From a virus: a stretch of 58,161 nucleotides of DNA. The notes under the pieces are model-generated. The model worked only from the letters and a program-made list of their open reading frames with translations. It had not been told where the DNA came from and made no database searches. The position numbers were made by a program, and so were the translations under genes. The stretch is taken from positions 1 to 58,161 of the IMG/VR virus record IMGVR_UViG_3300019469_000054; one strand, written 5' to 3'. How positions within the stretch are numbered: position 1 is the stretch's first letter; every line of letters starts with the position of its first letter. Shown piece by piece: positions 1 to 7,286 of this stretch.

Positions 1-61
1 CCGCGGCCACGTCCGAGATCGCCTCCACCAAAGCTGTGATGGTTGGCGTGAAGGACAAGGT
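1..61. repeat. 61-bp exact direct repeat of 58101-58161. Interpreted as the overlap of a circular or circularly permuted assembly.
   Basis: Bases 1-61 (ccgcggccacgtccgagatc...aaggacaaggt) are identical to the last 61 bases. An ORF reads in frame through the junction. Confidence 0.95.
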
Positions 62-230
62 CACGTCCCTTGAGACCACGGTCGGGGAGCACACCAGCAA
101 GATCACCGCGCTGGAGAACAAGCCCGGTGGCGGAGCTGGTACGGGTGCGACGGTGCTGGTGCTCGGGCCGACTGAGAACCTTCCGGCGGGCACCAAGCCC
201 GGAACGGTGATTGTTCGAAGGAGCAACTGA
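1..230 (+). CDS. 3' end of the tail-fibre-like gene that starts at 57191 and wraps through the circular junction.
   Basis: Position 36 corresponds to 58136, which is in frame with the ATG at 57191. The coiled-coil text (TSLETTVGEHTSKITALENKP) continues from the window end. The stop TGA at 228-230 overlaps the next ATG. Confidence 0.8.
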   Translation, partial: AATSEIASTKAVMVGVKDKVTSLETTVGEHTSKITALENKPGGGAGTGATVLVLGPTENLPAGTKPGTVIVRRSN

Positions 231-1792
231 TGGCTCTGCCCAAGTGGGTCAAGCAGGTCGAGGTCACGGGTGGCACTGCGAGGCAGCCCAATCCGGTGAC
301 GTTGCTCACCGCGGGTGAGAAGGGCATCGCGCACGACGACTGGGTAGTCATAATTCAGGGTGGTCAGTTCGGCAGCCAGGGAATCCCGGAGTTCATCAGC
401 GATGCGAACTCCGGGTGGTTCGGCAACCAGACTGCCGGTGCTACTAGCCGCAGCCTGGGCGTGTGGGTCAAGAAGGTCGATGACGTCGAGGAGTTCTCGC
501 GGCCCCTCGTCGTCGGGGACTTCCGGGCCTCGTACACCGGGCGTCAGCTCGCTACAGTACTGGTACTGGATGGCTCTGTCGTCAAGAGCTTCAACCACTC
601 GGACGGCGTGACGATCAACACACTGAACAGCAACCAGATCAAGACAGCGGTCGCCAAGCAGAACAAGCCGCACCTGGTCGTGTCGCTCCAGCACTACACG
701 AGCGGAGACCACGCTAGGCCGTTCGAAGGCGCCATTCAGACGATCGATGACGGGCAGAAGACAATGCAGCCCGCACCGAACTCGTCGAGCTCGATCCTAG
801 TGGGCTGGGCCGACAAGGACTACGCCTTCACGGACGCCAGCATCCAGACCTGCGTGGCGACGTGGGCGTTCACCGCAGAAGGGCTCGATCCAACACCACC
901 CAGACCAGAGAGGCACGAGAACTGGTACGTCGTGGGTAAGGACGACACGCACAGGGACCGGTACGCGGCGCTGACTGTTGTCGGGGACGACGGTCAGGAG
1001 AAGGGCACCCTGTCGATGGCGGCGGTGCCCCGGGGTCTGGCGACCTGGCAGGAGCTCATCGACAGGGACAGGAGCGCCCAGAACGGCGGGGAGAACACGG
1101 ATGGGTTCTTCGTGGCCCACAGAGGTGGCAGCAGGTCGTGGGTGGAGCACACCGAAAATGCCTACACGCAGTCCGTGTCGTTCGGCGTGGACGCTCTGGA
1201 GTTCTCCTGCAACGAGTCGAAGGACGGTGTGTGGTTCGGCCTGCACAACAGGACCTTCGAGTCACTGGGCGGCCCGGCGACTGATCCGCACACCATGACG
1301 TGGGACGAGATCAAGGCTGCTCTGCCGGCGAACAAGATTCCTGCGCGTCTGGACTGGCTGCTCGACCGGTACGGGCAGACCCACTGCCTGGTCATCGACC
1401 CGAAGTACCGGGCGGGTGAGTGGAAGCGGCTCCTGAAGTACATCACCGACAGGAACGTGACACCTGCGCAGATCGTTATTAAGTACTACGGCGATTCGAA
1501 CTGGTTGTTCGAGCAGGCGAAGGCCGAGGGCTGCGGGGCCTGGGGCTACGCCTACATGTCGAACACCACTGAGCCCTGGTACGAGACTTTCAAGAGCTCG
1601 ACAGGGCCGTTGGACTTCCTGTCGATGCAGTGGGACGCACCAGCGAACGTGGTGAACGACCTACGAGCCTCTAACAAGCCCGTGGTCGCCCACATCCTCG
1701 ACGATCAGACCCAGTTCGTGCAGGCGACCCGTAAGGGCATGCGCTCCGCGATCGTGGCTGGTGTCAAGGGCGTTCTTCAGCGCCAGTGCTGA
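230..1792 (+). CDS. Tail-associated protein with a C-terminal glycerophosphodiester phosphodiesterase (GDPD) domain.
   Basis: 520-aa ORF with TGATG coupling to the upstream fibre gene. GDPD signature FFVAHRGGSRSWVEHTENAY...DALEFSCNESKDGVWFGLHNRTF. Confidence 0.8.
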   Translation: MALPKWVKQVEVTGGTARQPNPVTLLTAGEKGIAHDDWVVIIQGGQFGSQGIPEFISDANSGWFGNQTAGATSRSLGVWVKKVDDVEEFSRPLVVGDFRASYTGRQLATVLVLDGSVVKSFNHSDGVTINTLNSNQIKTAVAKQNKPHLVVSLQHYTSGDHARPFEGAIQTIDDGQKTMQPAPNSSSSILVGWADKDYAFTDASIQTCVATWAFTAEGLDPTPPRPERHENWYVVGKDDTHRDRYAALTVVGDDGQEKGTLSMAAVPRGLATWQELIDRDRSAQNGGENTDGFFVAHRGGSRSWVEHTENAYTQSVSFGVDALEFSCNESKDGVWFGLHNRTFESLGGPATDPHTMTWDEIKAALPANKIPARLDWLLDRYGQTHCLVIDPKYRAGEWKRLLKYITDRNVTPAQIVIKYYGDSNWLFEQAKAEGCGAWGYAYMSNTTEPWYETFKSSTGPLDFLSMQWDAPANVVNDLRASNKPVVAHILDDQTQFVQATRKGMRSAIVAGVKGVLQRQC

Positions 1793-2743
1793 TCACCAAA
1801 GACTGACGACGAGTTCACTCTTAGCGGGGTTCCCAGGCCGGGGCTGCGTGTCCCAGGTCCGGGCACCCCAATAAGTTTCACCACACTCGTAAAGGTCTTC
1901 TAGCATCGAGCCACAGACATTGACGCGACGGAAACCGTCCTCCGGGTTTACTATCGACACGGGCAGATCGCCCTCATGCTGTCGGACCTCTTCGAGTTCG
2001 GTGATGACGTCGGAACAGGTCAGCGGGCGATCGGGCTCAGCCTTCGACTCCATCGAGTCCAGGCAGTACGAGCGATCGCAGTCCTCGTCGCGCTCGCATT
2101 TGCGGGCGCAGGGCTTGGTCTCGGGCACGACAGGGGCGAGAGAGGGGACGTCCTTCGTGGTGATGACTGGAGAAGCGTTCTCAGCCTTCTTGGCGGGCTT
2201 CTGGACCTCGACACGGGCAGGGTCCACCTGGAGCCCCATAACGGCCTTGGCGAGCCTGGTGAGGGCCTTCTCGTAGGACGACAGGGCGAACTCAGTGAAC
2301 GACAGGGGCTTGGGCTTGCGAACCTTCTTGATCCGCTTGACGATCATGCAGTACTTGAACGGCATGCTGTCGAACTCCCGACCAGTCTCCGACATGATCC
2401 GGTAACGGCTGAGCCCGGCCCTTCCGAGGAACGTGACCTTGTGGCGACCGAAGTAGAACTTGTCGCCCTTGCGGAGCTCACACATCATGACGCGCTCGAT
2501 CTCCTCGGTAAACTCCTCATCGTCATCATCGATGAACTCGACAACGTTGAGGTATGAGTCCTCCGACATGGCGATGACGAAGGGCTTGTAGGTGGGGGTC
2601 ATTACCCAGAACTGGATGATGTCGAGGCTCTCGCACGAGTATCGGGGGTCCGACAGGACCCGGCAATCGCCGAGCCCCTTGATCTCGATGAAGTCCCGCT
2701 TGACGATGCCCCAGCAGTTGACGGGACGGACCTTGCGTGCCAT
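1793..2743 (-). CDS. Hypothetical protein (316 aa) with a Cys-rich acidic C-terminal half. Orphan leftward gene.
   Basis: The track ORF is 1793-2860. The internal ATG at 2743 is preceded by GAGAGGAA about 8 nt upstream, and the sequence upstream of it looks non-coding. Confidence 0.65.
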   Translation of the reverse strand: MARKVRPVNCWGIVKRDFIEIKGLGDCRVLSDPRYSCESLDIIQFWVMTPTYKPFVIAMSEDSYLNVVEFIDDDDEEFTEEIERVMMCELRKGDKFYFGRHKVTFLGRAGLSRYRIMSETGREFDSMPFKYCMIVKRIKKVRKPKPLSFTEFALSSYEKALTRLAKAVMGLQVDPARVEVQKPAKKAENASPVITTKDVPSLAPVVPETKPCARKCERDEDCDRSYCLDSMESKAEPDRPLTCSDVITELEEVRQHEGDLPVSIVNPEDGFRRVNVCGSMLEDLYECGETYWGARTWDTQPRPGNPAKSELVVSLW

Positions 2744-2913
2744 TTGGTGGTTCCTCTCGGTGTCGAAGTCTGGCGTCGGTCTGGTGATGGCGACATCCAG
2801 TTGACCAACGGGTGCAACCCTAGCACGGCTCTCCGACAGGGGCAACGTGTTGCGCGTCACGAGCGCTCACACACGTACGCGTGTACGTGCGCGCGCAGGA
2901 AACCCCAAATCCG

Positions 2914-3076
2914 CTTTTATATACTCTGCATAGAAAAGTATGAGTCCCGTACAGTAATCTGTACCCACAACATAGAATTTTGGATAAAAAAGTATACTAA
3001 GATCCCTAAATATTATATACTAAATATATACTATATACATATATATATTATATACTACGAAGAGAAAATGAGAGTA
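2914..3076. promoter_or_regulatory. AT-rich island 1 with repeated TATATAC/TTATATAC units. Inverted homologue of island 2 (49431-49646).
   Basis: There is a sharp drop in GC. It shares TACGAAGAGAA (3056-3066, reverse complement of 49453-49463) and AATATATACTATATA (3023-3037, reverse complement of 49465-49479) with island 2. Confidence 0.7.
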
Positions 3077-3096
3077 ATGTAGGTACGTACCTACAT
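3077..3096. repeat. Perfect 20-bp palindrome ATGTAGGTACGTACCTACAT (two inverted copies of the ATGTAGGTAC motif).
   Basis: Read directly. The same GATGTAGGTAC half-site recurs at 49291-49301 and 49406-49416. Confidence 0.9.
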
Positions 3097-3209
3097 CTGT
3101 TTCTCCAACCTCGACTTCTTCCCGTCGTTCCAATCAAAAGCCCCTGTCGGGTTCTCCCTCGGCCGACCGATCGGTTGAATACAATGTGTGCTACAAAAAC
3201 GAGATTTTC

Positions 3210-3224
3210 GGGACTCAAGTCCTA
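3210..3224. promoter_or_regulatory. Operator-like site GGGACTCAAGTCCTA (family GGGACnnnnGTCCTA, copy A).
   Basis: Partial dyad GGACT/AGTCC. Related copies lie at 45381-45394, 49163-49177 and 49221-49235, all in non-coding DNA. Confidence 0.5.
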
Positions 3225-3250
3225 AAATTTCAGTTTTTGACCCCTAGCCC

Positions 3251-3297
3251 TTGATAATGAACAAAGGTAAATTTCTATATGTCAAGAAAACTTGACA
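3251..3297 (+). promoter_or_regulatory. Candidate rightward promoter region with an inverted repeat, upstream of the late operon.
   Basis: TTGATA (3251-3256), an 18-19 nt spacer, then CTATAT/TATATG. The dyad TGTCAAG-aaaa-CTTGACA at 3280-3297 contains TTGACA on both strands. Confidence 0.3.
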
Positions 3298-3463
3298 TTT
3301 ACATCCTGTATTCAACCGAGCGGTCAGTATGAGCCATAGAGTGTGTGCAAGAGCACAGAAATCTCTCGGCCCTGTCGTACTCTGTTGGGCCGTATGTGGT
3401 ACAGTTCTATCTGCGACATCCGGGCAACCGGATCAGAACCACCAACCTTGGAAAGGAACCGAC

Positions 3464-3970
3464 ATGCCATTCGTAGCCGGGAAGGACCAGCAGGCCGAGC
3501 GCGCGCGGTACAGGGAGGATGAGCTCGTTGTCGAACGGGCCAAGTACGCCGCGGAGCTCCTCAGGAAGCGCATCAGGCGCGAGGGGGTCATCCAGTCCCA
3601 GTACTGCCAGGTCTTCGGGTTCAAGGCCCAGCAGACGATTCACAATCACTTCCGCTCCGGGAAGGTCACGCTGATCGATCTCATCCGCATCGTCGGCACC
3701 CCGGGGTTCGAGCTCAGCATCGACGACGTGCTCAGGACGGCCATCAGCATCATCCAGACCACCACGGATGTCGAACTCGATGAGGATGGGGAGCCCGTTC
3801 CCAGGCCACGGAAGCCGAAGAAGGACCGGGGGGCCAAGCTCACGACGGAGAAGGCTCCTGCAAGGCCCGCGCTGAAGGGCACCGAGGTTGATGAGGAGCT
3901 CTTCCTGTCGAAGGACTACAGCCGGTTCGCCAACCTCTTCAAGCAGGCCTCCGGCGAGGAGGACGACTGA
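3464..3970 (+). CDS. HTH DNA-binding protein (168 aa). First gene of the rightward operon.
   Basis: The ATG at 3464 is preceded by GGAAAGGAA. The upstream part of the track ORF (from 3329) looks non-coding. HTH-like segment QSQYCQVFGFKAQQTIHNHFRSGKV. Confidence 0.7.
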   Translation: MPFVAGKDQQAERARYREDELVVERAKYAAELLRKRIRREGVIQSQYCQVFGFKAQQTIHNHFRSGKVTLIDLIRIVGTPGFELSIDDVLRTAISIIQTTTDVELDEDGEPVPRPRKPKKDRGAKLTTEKAPARPALKGTEVDEELFLSKDYSRFANLFKQASGEEDD

Positions 3971-6156
3971 TGGCGCGCAACCTGGAGGACGACCTGAACG
4001 AGAAGATCGACAGGGCCATCCTGGAGGAGGCGCAGAAGCCTCGCAGGGAGCGCATGTCGAACGTTGCGCTGGGCCGGATGTTCGACGTCCACGAGACCAC
4101 CATCAGGAGACACAAGCAGGCGCTCCAGAAGGCGCTCAGGCTCCCTGTCGAGCAGGACAGGGACGAGTTCTTCGACATCCCGGTCAACGCCATCACACAG
4201 CGCCGCAGGACCATCAGGCTTGAGGATGGCTCCTACGAGCGCGTTACCTACAATCCTGCTGTCGCAGTAGCCGAGGACGTCCGTGAGGCCTCCTATGAGG
4301 AACTGAAGAAGGTGTTCGACCGGGCTGTCCTCGCGGTGGCCCCCAAAGTCGAGAAGGATCGGCCCAAGACTCTGGTCGTGTGCCTGTCGGACTTCCAGGC
4401 CGGGAAAGCCCTGAAGGACGACACCCCAGTTCTCACAACAGAGGGTTGGGTTGCGCACGGTTCAATCCGTCCCGGCATGAGTGTTTATGGTCGGGACGGT
4501 AAACCGAAGAAGGTCTTGGCTGTTACGGGCTCGACTGAGCAGGACCTCTACGAGGTTGAGTTCGGTGGCGGGCAGACGCTTATCGCTTCGAGCGAGCATC
4601 GGTGGTCCGGATACCGTTCGATGCACACCAAGGATTGGAAGGGTTGGGAGAAGCAGGATATGGTTCTCTCTACCCGAGACCTGGCTATGATCTGCGCTCA
4701 GAAAGCAGCGAAGATTCGACCTTTCAAGGTTTACTCGCACGATCCTGTCGAGTTCGCGCCTGTCGAATTGCCGATTGATCCTTATGTTCTTGGGTTCTGG
4801 CTTGGGGACGGGAAATCAGATAGTGGCTTGATCACTAAGGGGGTTCTTGATGAGGCCCACTTGAAGTCACTTGGGGTCCCGATCAAGGCGAGGCCTGGCC
4901 TCACTACGGTTCGCGTCCCAGGGTTGACCTCGGCGCTTCGGGAGAACGACCTGTTGTCTAATAAGCATGTCCCTGAGGTGTACATCAAGTCTTCTGTCGA
5001 GCAGCGTCTAGCTCTCCTCCAAGGGCTTATGGATTCTGATGGATACTGCCAGCCTAAGTCTGGTTCCATCGAGTTCTCGAATACGAACAAACAGATCGTT
5101 GATTCGGTTGTTGCGATTCTTCACAGTCTTGGAGTCACTCCCCGGGTGATTGAGAGAGTCGGACAATACGACGATGTGACCTGCAAGACCTATTGGCGAG
5201 TCACCTTCCGTTCGGACCTCCCAATGTTCCGCCTTGTCCGCAAAGGTCAATACCAGCGCGAGACTACAGAGCGTAAGGACCACCGACTCTCTGTGAGGTC
5301 TGTGACCCCTGTCGGTCGAGGTAGTGCTCAGTGTCTCACTGTTGAAGGTGGCGAGTACCTCGCGGGTCGGGAACTTACCCTCACTCACAACTGCGACCAA
5401 CTGGGTGGAACACAGGAGACTGTGAACCGGGTCATGGGGGCTCTCAAGCGGATCACCGAGTGGATTCAGGCCGAGGGCTCCTACGAGGAGATCATCGTCG
5501 CGGATGTCGGAGATGTCTGCGAGGGGTTCTGGAACGTCACTTCGCAGCAGCAGACCAACGACCTGTCGCTCACGGATCAGATTCGTGTCGCCCAGCGCCT
5601 TATGGCTGAGGCGGTTGTCATGCTGGCTCCGCTGTGCACCCGAATGACGTACGTGTCGATCCCCTCGAACCACTGCGCCGTGCGGACCGGCAAGGGCAAC
5701 GACAACCGGGCCAACTCACCGGACGACGACTTCGGGCTCCTGATCGCGGACACCATCCAGGCGATCATGTCGGGCCGGGAGCCGTTCAGTCACGTGAACT
5801 TCGCCAAGCCTCAGAAGTGGGAGGAGGCAGTCACGGTGGAGACCGCCGACGGGACCGCCGTGGGCTTCACGCATGGCCATCTGGCGGGCTCTCAGGCGAA
5901 GATCCCGTCCTGGTTCAGGGACCTCGCTTTCGGGCACCGCAGTGGCCTTCATGAGGCCTCGATCCTGGTTCACGGGCACTTCCACAACTTCGGGGTGTCG
6001 CTCGTGGGGGACAACAAGTTCATCATCGGTTGCCCGACCGCGGACAACGGCTCCTCGTGGTTCACGAACCGCACCGGGGACGCCACCGATCCGGCTCTGC
6101 TGACATTCGAGGTTCAGGATAAGAAGGCCAAGAGGTGGGAGCTCTGGTACGAGTGA
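3970..6156 (+). CDS. HTH-domain / calcineurin-like metallophosphoesterase precursor interrupted by an intein.
   Basis: 728-aa ORF coupled by TGATG. N-terminal HTH (MSNVALGRMFDVHETTIRRHKQ). Phosphoesterase motifs LSDFQAGK, GDVCEG, PSNHCA, FTHGH and VHGHFHN are split by an intein at residues 147-474. Confidence 0.85.
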   Translation: MARNLEDDLNEKIDRAILEEAQKPRRERMSNVALGRMFDVHETTIRRHKQALQKALRLPVEQDRDEFFDIPVNAITQRRRTIRLEDGSYERVTYNPAVAVAEDVREASYEELKKVFDRAVLAVAPKVEKDRPKTLVVCLSDFQAGKALKDDTPVLTTEGWVAHGSIRPGMSVYGRDGKPKKVLAVTGSTEQDLYEVEFGGGQTLIASSEHRWSGYRSMHTKDWKGWEKQDMVLSTRDLAMICAQKAAKIRPFKVYSHDPVEFAPVELPIDPYVLGFWLGDGKSDSGLITKGVLDEAHLKSLGVPIKARPGLTTVRVPGLTSALRENDLLSNKHVPEVYIKSSVEQRLALLQGLMDSDGYCQPKSGSIEFSNTNKQIVDSVVAILHSLGVTPRVIERVGQYDDVTCKTYWRVTFRSDLPMFRLVRKGQYQRETTERKDHRLSVRSVTPVGRGSAQCLTVEGGEYLAGRELTLTHNCDQLGGTQETVNRVMGALKRITEWIQAEGSYEEIIVADVGDVCEGFWNVTSQQQTNDLSLTDQIRVAQRLMAEAVVMLAPLCTRMTYVSIPSNHCAVRTGKGNDNRANSPDDDFGLLIADTIQAIMSGREPFSHVNFAKPQKWEEAVTVETADGTAVGFTHGHLAGSQAKIPSWFRDLAFGHRSGLHEASILVHGHFHNFGVSLVGDNKFIIGCPTADNGSSWFTNRTGDATDPALLTFEVQDKKAKRWELWYE
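4408..5391 (+). mobile_element. Class-3-type intein (328 aa) with a LAGLIDADG homing endonuclease domain.
   Basis: Block A ALKDDTPVLTTEGW (Ala1). Block B GQTLIASSEHRW (Trp at B:12). LAGLIDADG motifs LGFWLGDGKSD and LLQGLMDSDGY. Block F AQCLTVEGG (Cys at F:4). Block G LTLTHN followed by Cys+1. Confidence 0.85.
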
Positions 6157-6227
6157 TCTTTGTTGTGGGTTTCCTCATGATCGTGGCGTTCGTCATGATC
6201 GCGGACGAGTACGGGGATGATCAGTGA
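6153..6227 (+). CDS. Possible 24-aa hydrophobic peptide.
   Basis: The GTG overlaps the upstream stop (GTGA). VIFVVGFLMIVAFVMIADEYGDDQ. Its stop overlaps the next ATG (TGATG). Below the ORF-track cutoff. Confidence 0.3.
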   Translation: MIFVVGFLMIVAFVMIADEYGDDQ

Positions 6228-6397
6228 TGTTGTGGACTCTCTCAGTTCTCGCCGCGTGCGTCCTGTCGGGCGGACTCGGGTACTTCGTCGGGTCGGAGGT
6301 GAAGGGGCTGCGCGATGAGGCTATCTTCGCGGCGTTCCTCAAGGAGGTCTCCGACGAGTCCGAGCAGATGAAACTGCTCCTGGATTTGGACGACTGA
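6227..6397 (+). CDS. Small membrane protein (56 aa).
   Basis: MLWTLSVLAACVLSGGLGYFVG... has one TM helix followed by an acidic tail. Coupled by TGATG at both ends. Confidence 0.45.
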   Translation: MLWTLSVLAACVLSGGLGYFVGSEVKGLRDEAIFAAFLKEVSDESEQMKLLLDLDD

Positions 6398-6573
6398 TGA
6401 AGGGACGTTCGGTTCCGGCCCTCAGTGCCCTGTCGTACGCTTACGGCAGAGGGCTGGGGGCCGAGTCGGTCGAGGAGCTGCTGGGCTTCTGGGCCTGTTA
6501 TGTTTTCGGATCCCAGTGGCGAGTGATAGGAATTCTCAATGAAAAGAACCGCGGAAGAGCAGAAAGCCATTGA
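6397..6573 (+). CDS. Possible 58-aa protein overlapping the terS start.
   Basis: MKGRSVPALSALSYAYGRGLGAESVEELLGFW... The ATG is coupled to the upstream stop. Uncertain. Confidence 0.3.
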   Translation: MKGRSVPALSALSYAYGRGLGAESVEELLGFWACYVFGSQWRVIGILNEKNRGRAESH

Positions 6574-7093
6574 TCTCCAGAGGAAGAGCCTGGTCATCCG
6601 GGCCTTGCTGAGGGGCAAACCGCGCAGCGAGGTGGCGGAAAGGTTCCAGCTCTCCGAGGCTGAGGTCTTCCGTATCGAGGAGGACTACTACTCCAGCCAG
6701 GAATCTCTCTCCGAGCACGCCCAGCTCATGAAGCAACTCACCCGTCTTGAGAAGCTCCTGGATGCGCTCTGGGATTCTGTCGTCGAGAATCCCCTGGCGA
6801 CCAACCCGGACAACGTCAAGACGGCCCTGGCGACCATCGAGGCGGTCAGCGATCTGGCTGGGCTGAAGAAGACGAAGGTTGAGGCGGAGATCAAGCTGAT
6901 CCAGCAGCAGCAGATTCCGGTCATCGTCGCCTTTGTCGAGTCCGTCCAGAACAACATGGAGCAGCGTTTGTTTCCCCTTCTTACAAAACGGGGGCAGAAG
7001 CAGCTCGAAGCGCACCGCGAGGAGTGGCTCGCTGATGCCACCTCCAGTTCGGCCAGTATCCTGGAGGAGCCCAAGGCCGATATGACTATCTGA
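6539..7093 (+). CDS. terS: Terminase small subunit (probable).
   Basis: 184 aa. N-terminal HTH (PRSEVAERFQLSEAEVFRIEE) plus a coiled-coil. Lies immediately upstream of terL. Confidence 0.7.
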   Translation: MKRTAEEQKAIDLQRKSLVIRALLRGKPRSEVAERFQLSEAEVFRIEEDYYSSQESLSEHAQLMKQLTRLEKLLDALWDSVVENPLATNPDNVKTALATIEAVSDLAGLKKTKVEAEIKLIQQQQIPVIVAFVESVQNNMEQRLFPLLTKRGQKQLEAHREEWLADATSSSASILEEPKADMTI

Positions 7094-7214
7094 GCGTGAG
7101 CAACATCATACTCTGGAGAGTCAACGGGCTTCTAAGGTGTGCTACTATTATCCATGCAGGCAGGGGGTTGCGACCCGCTTCGGCGGCCCCTGGAGCGTTT
7201 AGCCTTTCGGCTCT

Positions 7215-7262
7215 CGCCCATCTGGTGTTTTCGGTTCCGCCAGATGGGCGATCCTGTTTTTA
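7215..7262 (+). terminator. Strong hairpin plus T-tract between terS and terL.
   Basis: CGCCCATCTGG (7215-7225) pairs with CCAGATGGGCG (7240-7250) and is followed by atcctgttttta. It is preceded by the nested hairpins at 7161-7192. Confidence 0.55.
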
Positions 7263-7286
7263 TAGACTTGTCTCGAAGGAGGACCG

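Noticed and set aside
1-61. The 61-bp terminal repeat as a genuine direct terminal repeat of the virion DNA.
   Set aside because: It falls in the middle of a fibre gene that reads in frame across the junction. Its length is typical of assembler overlap of a circular or permuted genome. True termini need read-end analysis.
3077-3096. The 20-bp perfect palindrome as a protelomerase (telomere resolution) site of a linear plasmid-prophage.
   Set aside because: No protelomerase, partition or repressor gene is recognisable. The half-site recurs as single copies at 49291 and 49406, which fits a regulator-binding motif better.
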